DNA from: an uncultured Planctomycetota bacterium
Lineage (GTDB): Bacteria > Planctomycetota > Planctomycetia > Isosphaerales > Isosphaeraceae
Assembly: GCA_963823665.1 (NCBI GenBank)
Contig: CAWGMQ010000004.1
Span: forward strand, 2,656,001-2,720,000
Direction of reading: 5' to 3'
Length of the DNA: 64,000 nt
A model generated the notes under the pieces. That model did not search any database and had not been told where the DNA came from. It was given only the letters and a program-made list of their open reading frames with translations. Made by a program: the position numbers and the translations under genes. This document shows positions 48,985 through 58,350 of the stretch, piece after piece; the first letter of the stretch is position 1; each line of letters starts with the position of its first letter.

Positions 48985-50387
48985 ACGGCGATGAAATCAC
49001 TTTCGGCGATGTGCGGGTTCGCGAGCCGGAGCGGCGCGCGCGGCCGGATCGGGACCGGCGATTTGCATCCGTTGCCTATGAAGTGCCGGGCGCGGCCGAC
49101 CTGCCGATCTTTCTCGATCGCCGCGCGGCGGACGCGATCGAACGGCACGCTCTCTCCGACACGTCGGTCGAGCTGGGTGGAATTCTGCTGGGCAAGGAAT
49201 GCCTCGACACGGCAACTGGACAGGCTTTCGTGTGGGTGAATCAGTCGCTCGAGGCCAAACACTACGCGAATACTCAGGCCAGCTTCACTTATACTCACGA
49301 TTCATGGGAAGAGATCACTCGAGAGCGCGACCAGCGGTTTCCGCAGTACGACATCGTCGGCTGGTATCACACGCATCCCAACTTCGGAATCTTTCTCTCG
49401 CACCACGATTTATTTATTCATCACAACTTTTTTTCACAGGCACTGCAAGTTGCCTACGTTGTTGACCCAATCAACCAGACTCGCGGTTTTTTCCAGTGGC
49501 GCGACGGCGGAATGGCGCAGGTGCAGGGTTACTACCTCACGGCGGATCGCGGCGATCGGATAGCACTGGCGAGGCTTGCGAACGACCTCGAGCAGCTTCC
49601 GAATGCGGAAGGCGGCTCGGGGGGAGCCTTTTCACCTCGCCTCGAAGCGGAGCTGATCAAGATGCTTACAAGAACTGGGCAGCGCGACGTCCATTCGCCG
49701 GTTGAGAGACTCCAGTTTGCCACTGTCTATGGCCTACTGGGGATTTTCCTCGGCGTGATGGGGCTGGCCACCGTGCTCTGGCTGAGCCAGCTTCTGGGCC
49801 AGATTCAGGCGATGAAGGAATCGATTCAGACTCGAGCGCGTGTGGACGAGGAATCAGCCGCGCGCGTGCGGCTGATGAGTGACGCTTTGCTGGAGCGAGC
49901 GGTCAAGGACCCTGTTGACTTCGTCGCGTTGTACGAGAAGAAGAAAAAAGAGCTAGATGACGTAGAGAAGCGAGCGGGAAGCTTAAGCACTTCAGTCGTA
50001 GAACTCGGGAGGGATCTGAAGCGCGAGCAGAAAGACAACGAGCGTCTGGTCAAGGAGCTTTCCGTTTCGAACGAGAAACTCGTGAAGGCCGAGGAGAAAG
50101 CCGCTGGAGCGGCGGAACTGAACTCGCGGGTTGTGGAGGTGGAAAAAGAGCGGGACACGCAGCAGCAGGAGCTCGCGGAGCTGAAGGAGCGGATAGACCC
50201 CGAAACCGGCCAAGTTGCTCTGGCAATGAAGCGCAAGCTGGATCGCACCCAATACATGATGTATGGGGGCTGGGCGTGCAGCGCGTTTCTCGGTGTCGCA
50301 ATCGCGGCCGCGTACTTCCTGCTCAAACCCGTTCCGAGCGTCCCCCTTGAGGATGACAAAGAGCGTCCCGCGCACCGGATCGAGTAA
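48981..50387 (+). CDS. JAB/MPN+ (JAMM) isopeptidase fused to TM-coiled coil-TM
   Basis: TTG start overlaps the E1 stop; ELGG and WYHTHP-x4-FLSHHD JAMM motif; two hydrophobic helices flank a long heptad region. Confidence 0.88.
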   Translation: MNGDEITFGDVRVREPERRARPDRDRRFASVAYEVPGAADLPIFLDRRAADAIERHALSDTSVELGGILLGKECLDTATGQAFVWVNQSLEAKHYANTQASFTYTHDSWEEITRERDQRFPQYDIVGWYHTHPNFGIFLSHHDLFIHHNFFSQALQVAYVVDPINQTRGFFQWRDGGMAQVQGYYLTADRGDRIALARLANDLEQLPNAEGGSGGAFSPRLEAELIKMLTRTGQRDVHSPVERLQFATVYGLLGIFLGVMGLATVLWLSQLLGQIQAMKESIQTRARVDEESAARVRLMSDALLERAVKDPVDFVALYEKKKKELDDVEKRAGSLSTSVVELGRDLKREQKDNERLVKELSVSNEKLVKAEEKAAGAAELNSRVVEVEKERDTQQQELAELKERIDPETGQVALAMKRKLDRTQYMMYGGWACSAFLGVAIAAAYFLLKPVPSVPLEDDKERPAHRIE

Positions 50388-50411
50388 GATCGATGCCCGA
50401 ACACAGGACAG

Positions 50412-51740
50412 ATGATGGGGGTTCGCAGAAACAATCGGTTGCTGCTGTGCTTCGTCACCCTTGCGGCCGTTCTTGTGGCGGCGGGGGCGTTCACGCTCGT
50501 TCGGGCGCAAACAGCCGCAGACGGTCAGCGCACCGCGTCTCGAGCCGGTGAAATTGAACCGGTACCCGTTCCGGAAGCGAGCGCGCGCGCTCTTGAGTTT
50601 TACTGGAGCGGAAACAGGCTCTGGATCCTGAATGTTGCCTGGGCAATGACGCTTCCGGGCTTGATGGCGTTTTCGGGTTTTTCTGCGCGGCTGCGGAACT
50701 TGGCAGCAAGGTTGGGGCGAGTGAGGTTCGTCACGCTTGGCCTGTACGTGCTGATGTATCTGGCGATCGTCTTCCTGGTCGACCTGCCGCTGTCTTACTA
50801 CGAAGGCTACGTGCGGCTGCATGCGTACGGACTTTCCAATCAGACGCTTGGCAAGTGGTTCGGCGATTCGGTCATCCGGTTGGCAATCTCGATGGTGGCG
50901 GGCGTCGCTCTGGCCTGGGTTCCTTATCTTTTGATTGCTCGCAGCCCGAAGCGCTGGTGGTTGTATACGGCGGTGCTCTCAGTACCGTTTCTGTTCGCGG
51001 TCATGTTGATCAAGCCAATCTGGATCGATCCGCTCTTCAATCGGTTTGGGCCGATGCACGACCTCGATCTCGAGCAGCAAATACTGAAACTAGCACGGAA
51101 GGCGGAAATTGCTGCGGACCGGGTGTTCGAGGTTGAAAAGAGCGTCGATACCAAGGCGGTGAACGCGTATGTGACGGGTGTGTTTGCGACAAAGAGAATC
51201 GTTCTCTGGGATACCTTGCTGGCCAAGCTGGACGCGCCGGAAGTGCTGCATGTGATGGGCCATGAAATGGGGCATTACGCCCTGGGACATGTGGTCCGTT
51301 CCATCGTTCTATCGGCCGGGCTCACGCTTGTTGGACTTTTCCTGGTTGATTGGGCGGGGCGCAAGCTGGTCGGCCGATTTGCAGGTCGACTCGGATTCGA
51401 GCGGCTTTCGGACGTTGCCTCGCTGCCGCTCGTGCTCTTGCTACTCGAAGTTGCGATGTTCGTGCTGACACCCGTTGCGCTAGCATACAGCCGACATCAG
51501 GAGCACGAGGCGGATAAGTACGCGCTCGATCTCGTTAGAGACAATCACTCGGGCGCCTTGTCGTTCGTGAAGTTGATGGAAACGAACCTCAGCAATCCGC
51601 GGCCGGGGCCAATTTACAAGTTTTTCCGCTCAAGTCACCCGAGCATCGGCGAACGAATTGACTTCTGCAACAGCTATCGGCCGCCGCGATCAAGCGAGTC
51701 TAAGCGGGGCGAAGAAGAGCCGCGTTATCGATCGAATTAA
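50412..51740 (+). CDS. M48 family (Ste24-like) membrane metalloprotease
   Basis: Motifs NAYVTG, RIVLWDTLL, HEMGH, EHEAD and SHPSIGERI; includes the N-terminal M48_N region. Confidence 0.92.
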   Translation: MMGVRRNNRLLLCFVTLAAVLVAAGAFTLVRAQTAADGQRTASRAGEIEPVPVPEASARALEFYWSGNRLWILNVAWAMTLPGLMAFSGFSARLRNLAARLGRVRFVTLGLYVLMYLAIVFLVDLPLSYYEGYVRLHAYGLSNQTLGKWFGDSVIRLAISMVAGVALAWVPYLLIARSPKRWWLYTAVLSVPFLFAVMLIKPIWIDPLFNRFGPMHDLDLEQQILKLARKAEIAADRVFEVEKSVDTKAVNAYVTGVFATKRIVLWDTLLAKLDAPEVLHVMGHEMGHYALGHVVRSIVLSAGLTLVGLFLVDWAGRKLVGRFAGRLGFERLSDVASLPLVLLLLEVAMFVLTPVALAYSRHQEHEADKYALDLVRDNHSGALSFVKLMETNLSNPRPGPIYKFFRSSHPSIGERIDFCNSYRPPRSSESKRGEEEPRYRSN

Positions 51741-51780
51741 CCAGCTTCATTCCTTGATGGTTTGCTAAAGGAACCTCTTC

Positions 51781-52296
51781 ATGGCCAGGCCCGAAACGAC
51801 CGAATACGCCTCCTACTATGGTAAATACATCACGCTGGTTCCTGAGCACGACATCATTGACGCGATGAAATCTGACGCTGCGAAGACGTTCGCTTTCCTG
51901 GCCGGCATTCCCGAAGCGGCCGCGTGCGTTCCTCACCCACCGTACACGTGGTCGATCAAGCAAGTGGTTGGGCATCTGAGCGATTGCGAGCGTGTATTTG
52001 GCTATCGTGCGCTTCGATTTGCGCGCGGGGATTCAACGCCGCTTCCCGGTTTCGACGAGAACACTTATGCAGCAGCGGCCCAACATAACAAGGTTCCGCT
52101 CGTCAGCCTGGTTTCCGAGCTCGAGAATCTGAGGAGATCGCACATCGCGTTCTTCGAGCAGCTTCCTGCGGAGGCGTGGCTACGTCGAGGCACTGCGAAC
52201 AACGCCGAGGTGAGCGTCCGCGCGCTGGCGTTCATTCTTGTCGGGCACGAACGGCATCATGCGGGAATCGTCCGGAAGCGGCTTTCGAAGCAATGA
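51781..52296 (+). CDS. DinB family protein
   Basis: Motifs WSIKQVVGHLSDCER, LPGFDEN and GHERHH. Confidence 0.9.
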   Translation: MARPETTEYASYYGKYITLVPEHDIIDAMKSDAAKTFAFLAGIPEAAACVPHPPYTWSIKQVVGHLSDCERVFGYRALRFARGDSTPLPGFDENTYAAAAQHNKVPLVSLVSELENLRRSHIAFFEQLPAEAWLRRGTANNAEVSVRALAFILVGHERHHAGIVRKRLSKQ

Positions 52297-52309
52297 GTGC
52301 GGGCGACGT

Positions 52310-52788
52310 AGGTAATCTGTCTCTTCCTTTGCCGGACACCCGGGATACTGCTCGCGAATCGCTCTTGCAAATGCGGCGATGAATTCATGGTCTTCGTGTT
52401 GGCGGCGATCCGCGGCCCGCGCCTGACGCCGCGCACGTAGTTCCGCGTCCGCGAGTGATTCTTCCTCTGCGCGGAGCAGCGCTTCCGGCTCGACCAGGAT
52501 GCCCTGCCGCTCATATCGTTTACGCGTACGCGACCAGCGAACGACGACCGCGCGTAGCGTTGAGTATTTACTGGCCCGGCGCGTCACCGCCGCATCACCG
52601 CTGGGCAAAAACTCCAGCCGGTCGAGATCTGCACAGCTCGTGCAAAGGGCCTTCTCCCCCTCCAGCCGCAGCAGACTGCCCTTCCACAGCTCAGCACCGC
52701 ATTCCGTGCACTTGGTCTCACGAATCACGGAGAAGACGACGATCTCTGCTCCGGAGCCGCTTTTCGGTTTGTCTGCCTTGCGAGCCAT
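52310..52788 (-). pseudogene. DUF2293-type protein, 3' truncated
   Basis: CTECG...LCTSCADL, LPSGDAAVTRRA and RYERQG, ending at YPGCP; the frame then runs into the antisense strand of dinB. Confidence 0.65.
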
Positions 52789-52957
52789 GATCGTTCGGTG
52801 TTTCGATTGACGACGATGCCGCACCTCTTCACATTGTGGATAAATTGCGGTGAGACGGGCAAGAGGGAGATGCGGCCGCCACAACCTAGCGGGTTAATCA
52901 GGCCCGGCCAGGTCGCGCTGCAGTGGAGACGTATTTCGTCAGACGCACGATAGCCTG

Positions 52958-53668
52958 TTGCCAAGAGGAATTGCTAACGACAAGATACCGATCTTGGAGG
53001 CTACGCGACAACCACGCAGGCCGGACTGCTCGGTGACCAAGCGGATGCTCACCGCGGAAGGCTTCGCAACGGCCTACGACGTCGGGGAGGCGCCGTTCCG
53101 AGGAGTGATCTATGAGGACGGCCACGTTCGGGTGGAGGGTCGAATAATGGACCACGGCATCCCCTGCATGGCGTACGTCGTACGTGAGGCAACGCGGGTC
53201 AACATTGACCCGGCTATAGTCACCCGACTGGGGCTGAAGCCGGGCCCTTGGATGAGGCAGCTCAAGGAGACCGTGGGGGACGACATCGATACCATCACGA
53301 TCGACGGGACCCCTCACAGGCTGATGGACCTCCGACGCGAGCTCTTGATGACGACCTCCGGAGTGAGCCTCGCTTACCTGACGGACTTCTCCGTTGATAT
53401 CGAGGCAGCCCCGGATTTCCTGACGATGGTACGAGGGTGTGACGTGATCGTCTGCGAGAACAACTTCCGCGACGCGGACCGAGAGTTGGCGGTGCGAAGC
53501 CATCACATGGTCTCCTCTCAGGTGGGCCGTATCGCGGTGCTGGCGGGGGCGGGCCGGCTCGTCTTGTTCCACCTGTCCGACCGCTACACGCGGAGTCAGT
53601 GGCTGGAATTGCTCGAGGAGGTTCGCCGTGTCTTCCCGGGAGCAGAATTCCCGGAGGGCTGGAGTTAG
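52958..53668 (+). pseudogene. RNase Z-like metallo-beta-lactamase, 5' truncated
   Basis: Has DHGIPC, exosite-like GLKPGPW, YLTD, CEN and FHLSDRY, but lacks the N-terminal HxHxDH motif. Confidence 0.65.
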
Positions 53669-53769
53669 CGGCGTGGCGATCGGATAGGATCGGTAAAGTT
53701 GTACACGCGGTGTGCAAGCAACCTGTTGCTGTGATTGAAAAGGAAGCGAGTATGGCTCAAGGTTGAAGC

Positions 53770-54111
53770 TCAGTTGGGTTCGCAGTCCGAGTCGATGACG
53801 TAACCGACGGCCTTGATGACGTCCCTCAATTTCGCGGTATCGAGCCGCCCAATCAGGCCAGACGCGATGTCGATCTCTCCTTTCTCTAAGGCGTATATCG
53901 CCTCGCACTGGGCCACACAATCGCTCGGCATGCCAAACTCACCCGCCTGGAACGGCAAGCAATTCGACAGCTTGGAACGGACGGCGAAACGCTTGGTCGT
54001 ACAGCGGACGATCACAACATAATTTCCCTAATTCAAACTTTCCCGCGAGACAACGATACCGGGCCGGCGTCCGGTTGCCAGGTCGACCCAATAGATCTCG
54101 CCCGGTTTCAT
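53770..54111 (-). pseudogene. PemK/MazF toxin with in-frame TAG at codon 28
   Basis: MKPGEIYWVDLATGRRPGIVVSRESLN*GNYVVIVRCTT...; ATG overlaps the antitoxin stop (TGATG). Confidence 0.8.
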
Positions 54112-54335
54112 CAGTAGGGATTCTCCTTCGTCCAGGAAACCGCTGCTTGCCGGCCGAGGTTCGATAAGGCTGCTTTCTCGCGAATCTCATCGAGCGCTTC
54201 TTGGAGGACCGACTCGGTGCTTTCCCGCTGGGCTGCCAGAACGATGACGACGTCCCCACCGAGCTCTGGAACAGACACGCGGACAGGGTATCCTTGCTTC
54301 AATACGCTGGCTTGTTCATCGGACAATTCGATCAT
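54111..54335 (-). CDS. Putative antitoxin
   Basis: GGAGGAG RBS; 74-aa ORF translationally coupled to the mazF-like gene. Confidence 0.65.
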   Translation of the reverse strand: MIELSDEQASVLKQGYPVRVSVPELGGDVVIVLAAQRESTESVLQEALDEIREKAALSNLGRQAAVSWTKENPY

Positions 54336-54380
54336 GGTCTCCTCCTTCAAGGAATGATATCAGATCCGGAGCAGAGAGAG

Positions 54381-54942
54381 TCAGCCCAGCATGACGTCCT
54401 GGCAGGCGCGGAGGACTAGCTGCTCCGGCGAAACGCCTTTGACCCAAGCCATTCGCGCGACCGCTTCGGCCGCCTGCACCTCGAGAGGTACCTTGATGGC
54501 AGTGCTGCGCACGAAGACCGGCTCGGCAACTTCTTCCAGTTCGTCTTCAAAATCGGTCAGGTCGTGACTGTCCCAGAACTCAGCCAGCTTCTTGATTGAG
54601 TCGGTTCTCGGACGGCTCCCCAGCGTAGGAGCCGTCGTATGCAAAGCTGACCCGGCGCATCCGAACTGGCTCGTCTTCTCGGCCGACGCAGGTGACAAAT
54701 GGGCTCCGTCCCATGGCCTCGGCCGCGTGAAACACGCCAACGGTGCTGCCCGACACGCTCACCGCGCCATCGGCATACCCGACCCACTCGCCTAGGTTCT
54801 GACTGAGGAGTTGGTCGCGGGCAGCCCAATACGCTGCCTCGTTCTTGTGCGCCAGGCGTGGTCGATTTGCCGGGCGATTTCGGGGGGTAACGCGTCTGCC
54901 AGACTTTTCATGGGTCACCCTTGGGTGCATAGCTATGCCCAT
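54381..54942 (-). pseudogene. Fused remnants of small toxin-antitoxin-associated genes (CopG-antitoxin-like and DUF5678-like)
   Basis: 'LAEFWDSHDLTDFEDELEEV' and 'NEAAYWAARDQLL...GEWVGYADG' segments without proper starts or ends. Confidence 0.5.
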
Positions 54943-55734
54943 TGTATTCTACAGCTCGCGGGCGAGACGTTCACCGGCCGAGCGCTTTGTTTTGAGAACC
55001 GGGAGACCGGCCGGAGCGAGCCGCTGGCATATCTGCGTCGAGGGCCAGGGTGTTGACGGAATTGGTGCACGTTCTACGGTCGCGCCAACGACCCTGCAGA
55101 TACGCCAGATATTTCGCCGTACCTACTTCGGTCGGCGTCGCATTGGCCGGTGATTTATGGAAGCTGGGGATCTAAGATTCGAGGCTAATACGAGCTTGTT
55201 TCGCTCGCATTGGGACAGCATTCGTACTGCAAATCCCAAGATTCTAATACCTTATGCCCACTTCCAGGCTTCACTGAAATTGTAGCCGCATTGGGCTCGT
55301 GCTTCCAGTGCTGCACCCGATTTGCACCCAGATCACAAATCGTCATGACCCAACTCGGGCGTCCGCAAGTGGTCCCCAGCATCACGATGGTCACGTTGCC
55401 TTCGAGCCAGTTGTTCACGAACAGGAAGGCGGGCCCCTTACGCATCCGCGGCTAGTCCCCGATCTCCGCTATGCCATCTTGTTCGGCTCCATTCTCAGCC
55501 CGCAGGGCTCGACGAAATTGACCGAGTCCTCGTCGCTGCGTCCTTTTCCGGCCGTGCAGCGACCATGCCATCAGCGACGCAGGTCGTCTGCAATTCCGTG
55601 GCACAAATTCATTCCGTGCGACGAAGGCCGAGTCCTTGGCAACCGAACCACTGCGCGGCGGCCACACGCACCTCTATTCTCCATCCAAGCTAAGAAGCGA
55701 ATACGCTATTCCACGGCGTCGAGAGGAGGCCCTT

Positions 55735-56307
55735 TTACGGGGGTAATCCGGCATCAAGTGGGGCGCCTGCCGCCTTCTTCTCCGTCTCGGACAAATTCGG
55801 CGCTCCGGGGGACGATGGGGCGCGCGGGGCCGGATGGCCCCCCTGCGTGAACAGCGTTGGCATAAGGTAGCCGACGTAAACCCCGAAGACCGTCTCGCTA
55901 GCCCCGAGCAGCATCTTGAACTGGTCGAACGAGGAGAATCCAACACTAAATCCTTTCAACGTGACGATCAGAAAGAGGTATGCGGTGAACGAGCCGCAGA
56001 AGGCGAGGGTGAGGAATCCGAAGTCCCACGGCAACTCCCGGGTGCGGATCGCGGCGGCTTCAGGTGCCGCCTCCGCGATCGCGTCCTTGACGATCATAGT
56101 TGTGAAGCCCGCGAAGAGGGGCATTAGCAGTGCGATGGAAGTTGTGAGGTCGTTGAAGGCAAACCCGCCAATAAAGTAGAGAGCCAGCAGCCAGAAGAAG
56201 GTCAGCAAATGCGAAGCGATCATTAGCATCGTGACAATACGCTTTAGCCGCAGGAAGTCCACGTCGCACCTTCTGTCTATTATTTGGCCACTAGGGTTTC
56301 TTGTCAT
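55735..56307 (-). CDS. Four-TM hypothetical membrane protein
   Basis: Four hydrophobic segments; overlaps the end of the upstream ORF. Confidence 0.6.
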   Translation of the reverse strand: MTRNPSGQIIDRRCDVDFLRLKRIVTMLMIASHLLTFFWLLALYFIGGFAFNDLTTSIALLMPLFAGFTTMIVKDAIAEAAPEAAAIRTRELPWDFGFLTLAFCGSFTAYLFLIVTLKGFSVGFSSFDQFKMLLGASETVFGVYVGYLMPTLFTQGGHPAPRAPSSPGAPNLSETEKKAAGAPLDAGLPP

Positions 56308-58098
56308 CTTTCGGCTTCAGCAGATCGTCCTTCAGCCGGACGAGAAGCTGACCCGCGAAATCGCCGAGGTTCTTGGAGTATTGCGGCTCCATGTCGCGGA
56401 AATCTTCAGTCGACTTTGGAGGAAGGATGCCGGGAGCCCATCTCCCGTCCACGATGCAAAGCAGCCTGGCACCCTGGGAAGTGGCTGCAATGATGAAGTT
56501 GATGTCAACATCCTCCCACCGGTTCTTGGTGCCGAGGATCGTGTTTTTCGCATTATTCACTCGCAGAAGGAGATAGCTCGCCTCGTCGTGGATGACGGCG
56601 ACTTTCCCGTGAAAGGTCGTCAAGTACGTGACGAGGAAGTCCCTTGCGCTCCGATAGAGGGAGGGCACGACTCCGTCGGTCGCGCTGCTCGCGAGGGCGA
56701 TTGTCGCGAGATCGTCATTCTTCAACTCGCCACCGACCGTGGCAGACATATAGATCTGTTGGTTGGACGCCCAGACCAGTCCGTTTTGCCAGGTGTAATC
56801 CGAAATCCCCCAAAAACCACTCATCCTCATCGAGACGGCCGACGGCATCGCGCCGATCGACCCCGTGAATTTGTAAAATAGACGGTTCTCAAGGCCTATG
56901 TATCTCGTCGATGGATCGACACGGGGCAATGCGTCTCGTAACGATTCTTTTACGAGGAATCGCAGTTGCAGGCCGGCCGGCACAGTGATCTCCAGCGAGG
57001 TAAAGACCCGGTCCTTCTTCAGGCCGACCGCATCGATCCAGTTCTTCGCCTGCTTCAGCCCGGCGGCGACCAGTTCGGCGTTGGGATCGGAGAGCGGCAC
57101 GACAGCTGTCCACGCAAGGTCCAGGATGGCGGGGTCTATCCCGTCCGGCGGGTCTGCGTACGCTTGTGAGAGCGTCTGGCAGAGGTAGCCTGCCCGAAGG
57201 CTCGTGCGCAAGATTCTGGAGCGAACTACTTAGCTGATTCACGGGCCTCGGCGAGTAAGCCGCTGGCAACGACATGCGGGAGGACTTCTTAGCGACGGGC
57301 TCGTCCTTGGCCTCATCGGAGGGCTTCTCCGCGGCCTTAACCTCGATGGTTTTGAGTTCCCGCCGGAGACTCTCGGTCTGCTCGCGAATTTCCCATGCCG
57401 TAAAAACGGGATATCCAATCCTGGCGCATGCAAGGTCAATTGCCTCTAGCTTCCCTTTCAATTTCGAGAGCCAGGCGGCAACTTTCGTCGATGAGTCGAA
57501 TCTCGACATTCTCCTCAGCGAACTGGAGATTCGGATTCGCCGCCTGAAATTCCTTTTCCAGGAATTCGAATTCTCTAGACAGGGGCCCGGCGAGCTCGCT
57601 CAGGTTTCCGTAGGCTTTGGACTCGTCACCGAAATCCCGGGCCAGCGACGAGTTGGGCTTGGATCTCCGGAAGTGGAGTCCAACGCTCGCGACAGGGAGC
57701 TTTGACGCGGCCCCCTAAGTGGATGGCATGTCGCCTGAGAATCGTCTTGAGGTGGCGAGCAGCCCAATCCACCGCGTCAGACGCTCGCGCCGGGCGGCCA
57801 GATCGTCCGCGGAAAAGGTCGCCTCCTTCAGTTGGCCAATCAGATTCGGAAAGACGCGCTCCGGCGGCAGACGGTCTAGGGTGGTCTCGTTAGGTGTCCA
57901 TGTCGAATGCAATACATCTTCTATCCAGTCGTTGTACAAGTAAACTTGATGGCGCAGTTCCTGCCTGGTGAGCACCAGATCAGTTTTGTCAGCCGCCCCG
58001 CAGGTCGGACACGAGAAGGCCACGGAACCGAGAATCAGAGAAAAAGCCAGAACCGTTTTATGCCCCAGCCCGATCGCTGAATGCCCCCAACTCTTCAT
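56291..58098 (-). pseudogene. Large exported hypothetical protein broken by one TAG (57715-57717) and about two frameshifts
   Basis: Signal-peptide-like start MKSWGH...VLAFSLILGSVAFS; protein-like frame continues past the TAG; last fragment 56291-57211 is a coherent 300-aa domain. Confidence 0.45.
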
Positions 58099-58350
58099 GA
58101 GCCGAACTCGTAGGGACGGTGCGATGGTTGATCGTCGGTATCCGGCCATTCTTCCCCCGCTCTCTTTTCGGCAGCACGGACACAAGCGTCTTGGCGATTT
58201 GCCTCGTCGACCAGATTACTTATTCGTAACCGTTCCGCGGTTGTTGAGCGTGTCTTTTCGCGCAGGATCCCGCAATTCGACATCGGCACCCGCCCATGCG
58301 TGCCGAGGATGCCGACTCTAGCAGCGTGCCGACGATTTCGCAACATCGTG

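Noticed and set aside
44000..52300. CBASS or Pycsar (Cap2/Cap3) assignment, or type VII secretion from the YukD-like Ubl
   Set aside because: No cyclase or effector gene is present, E1 and E2 are separate with their own Ubl, and there are no FtsK-like or WXG100 genes.
54028..57717. Amber read-through or recoding suggested by two in-frame TAG codons
   Set aside because: TAG is a normal stop for several genes in the window, and both cases lie in a decayed region.
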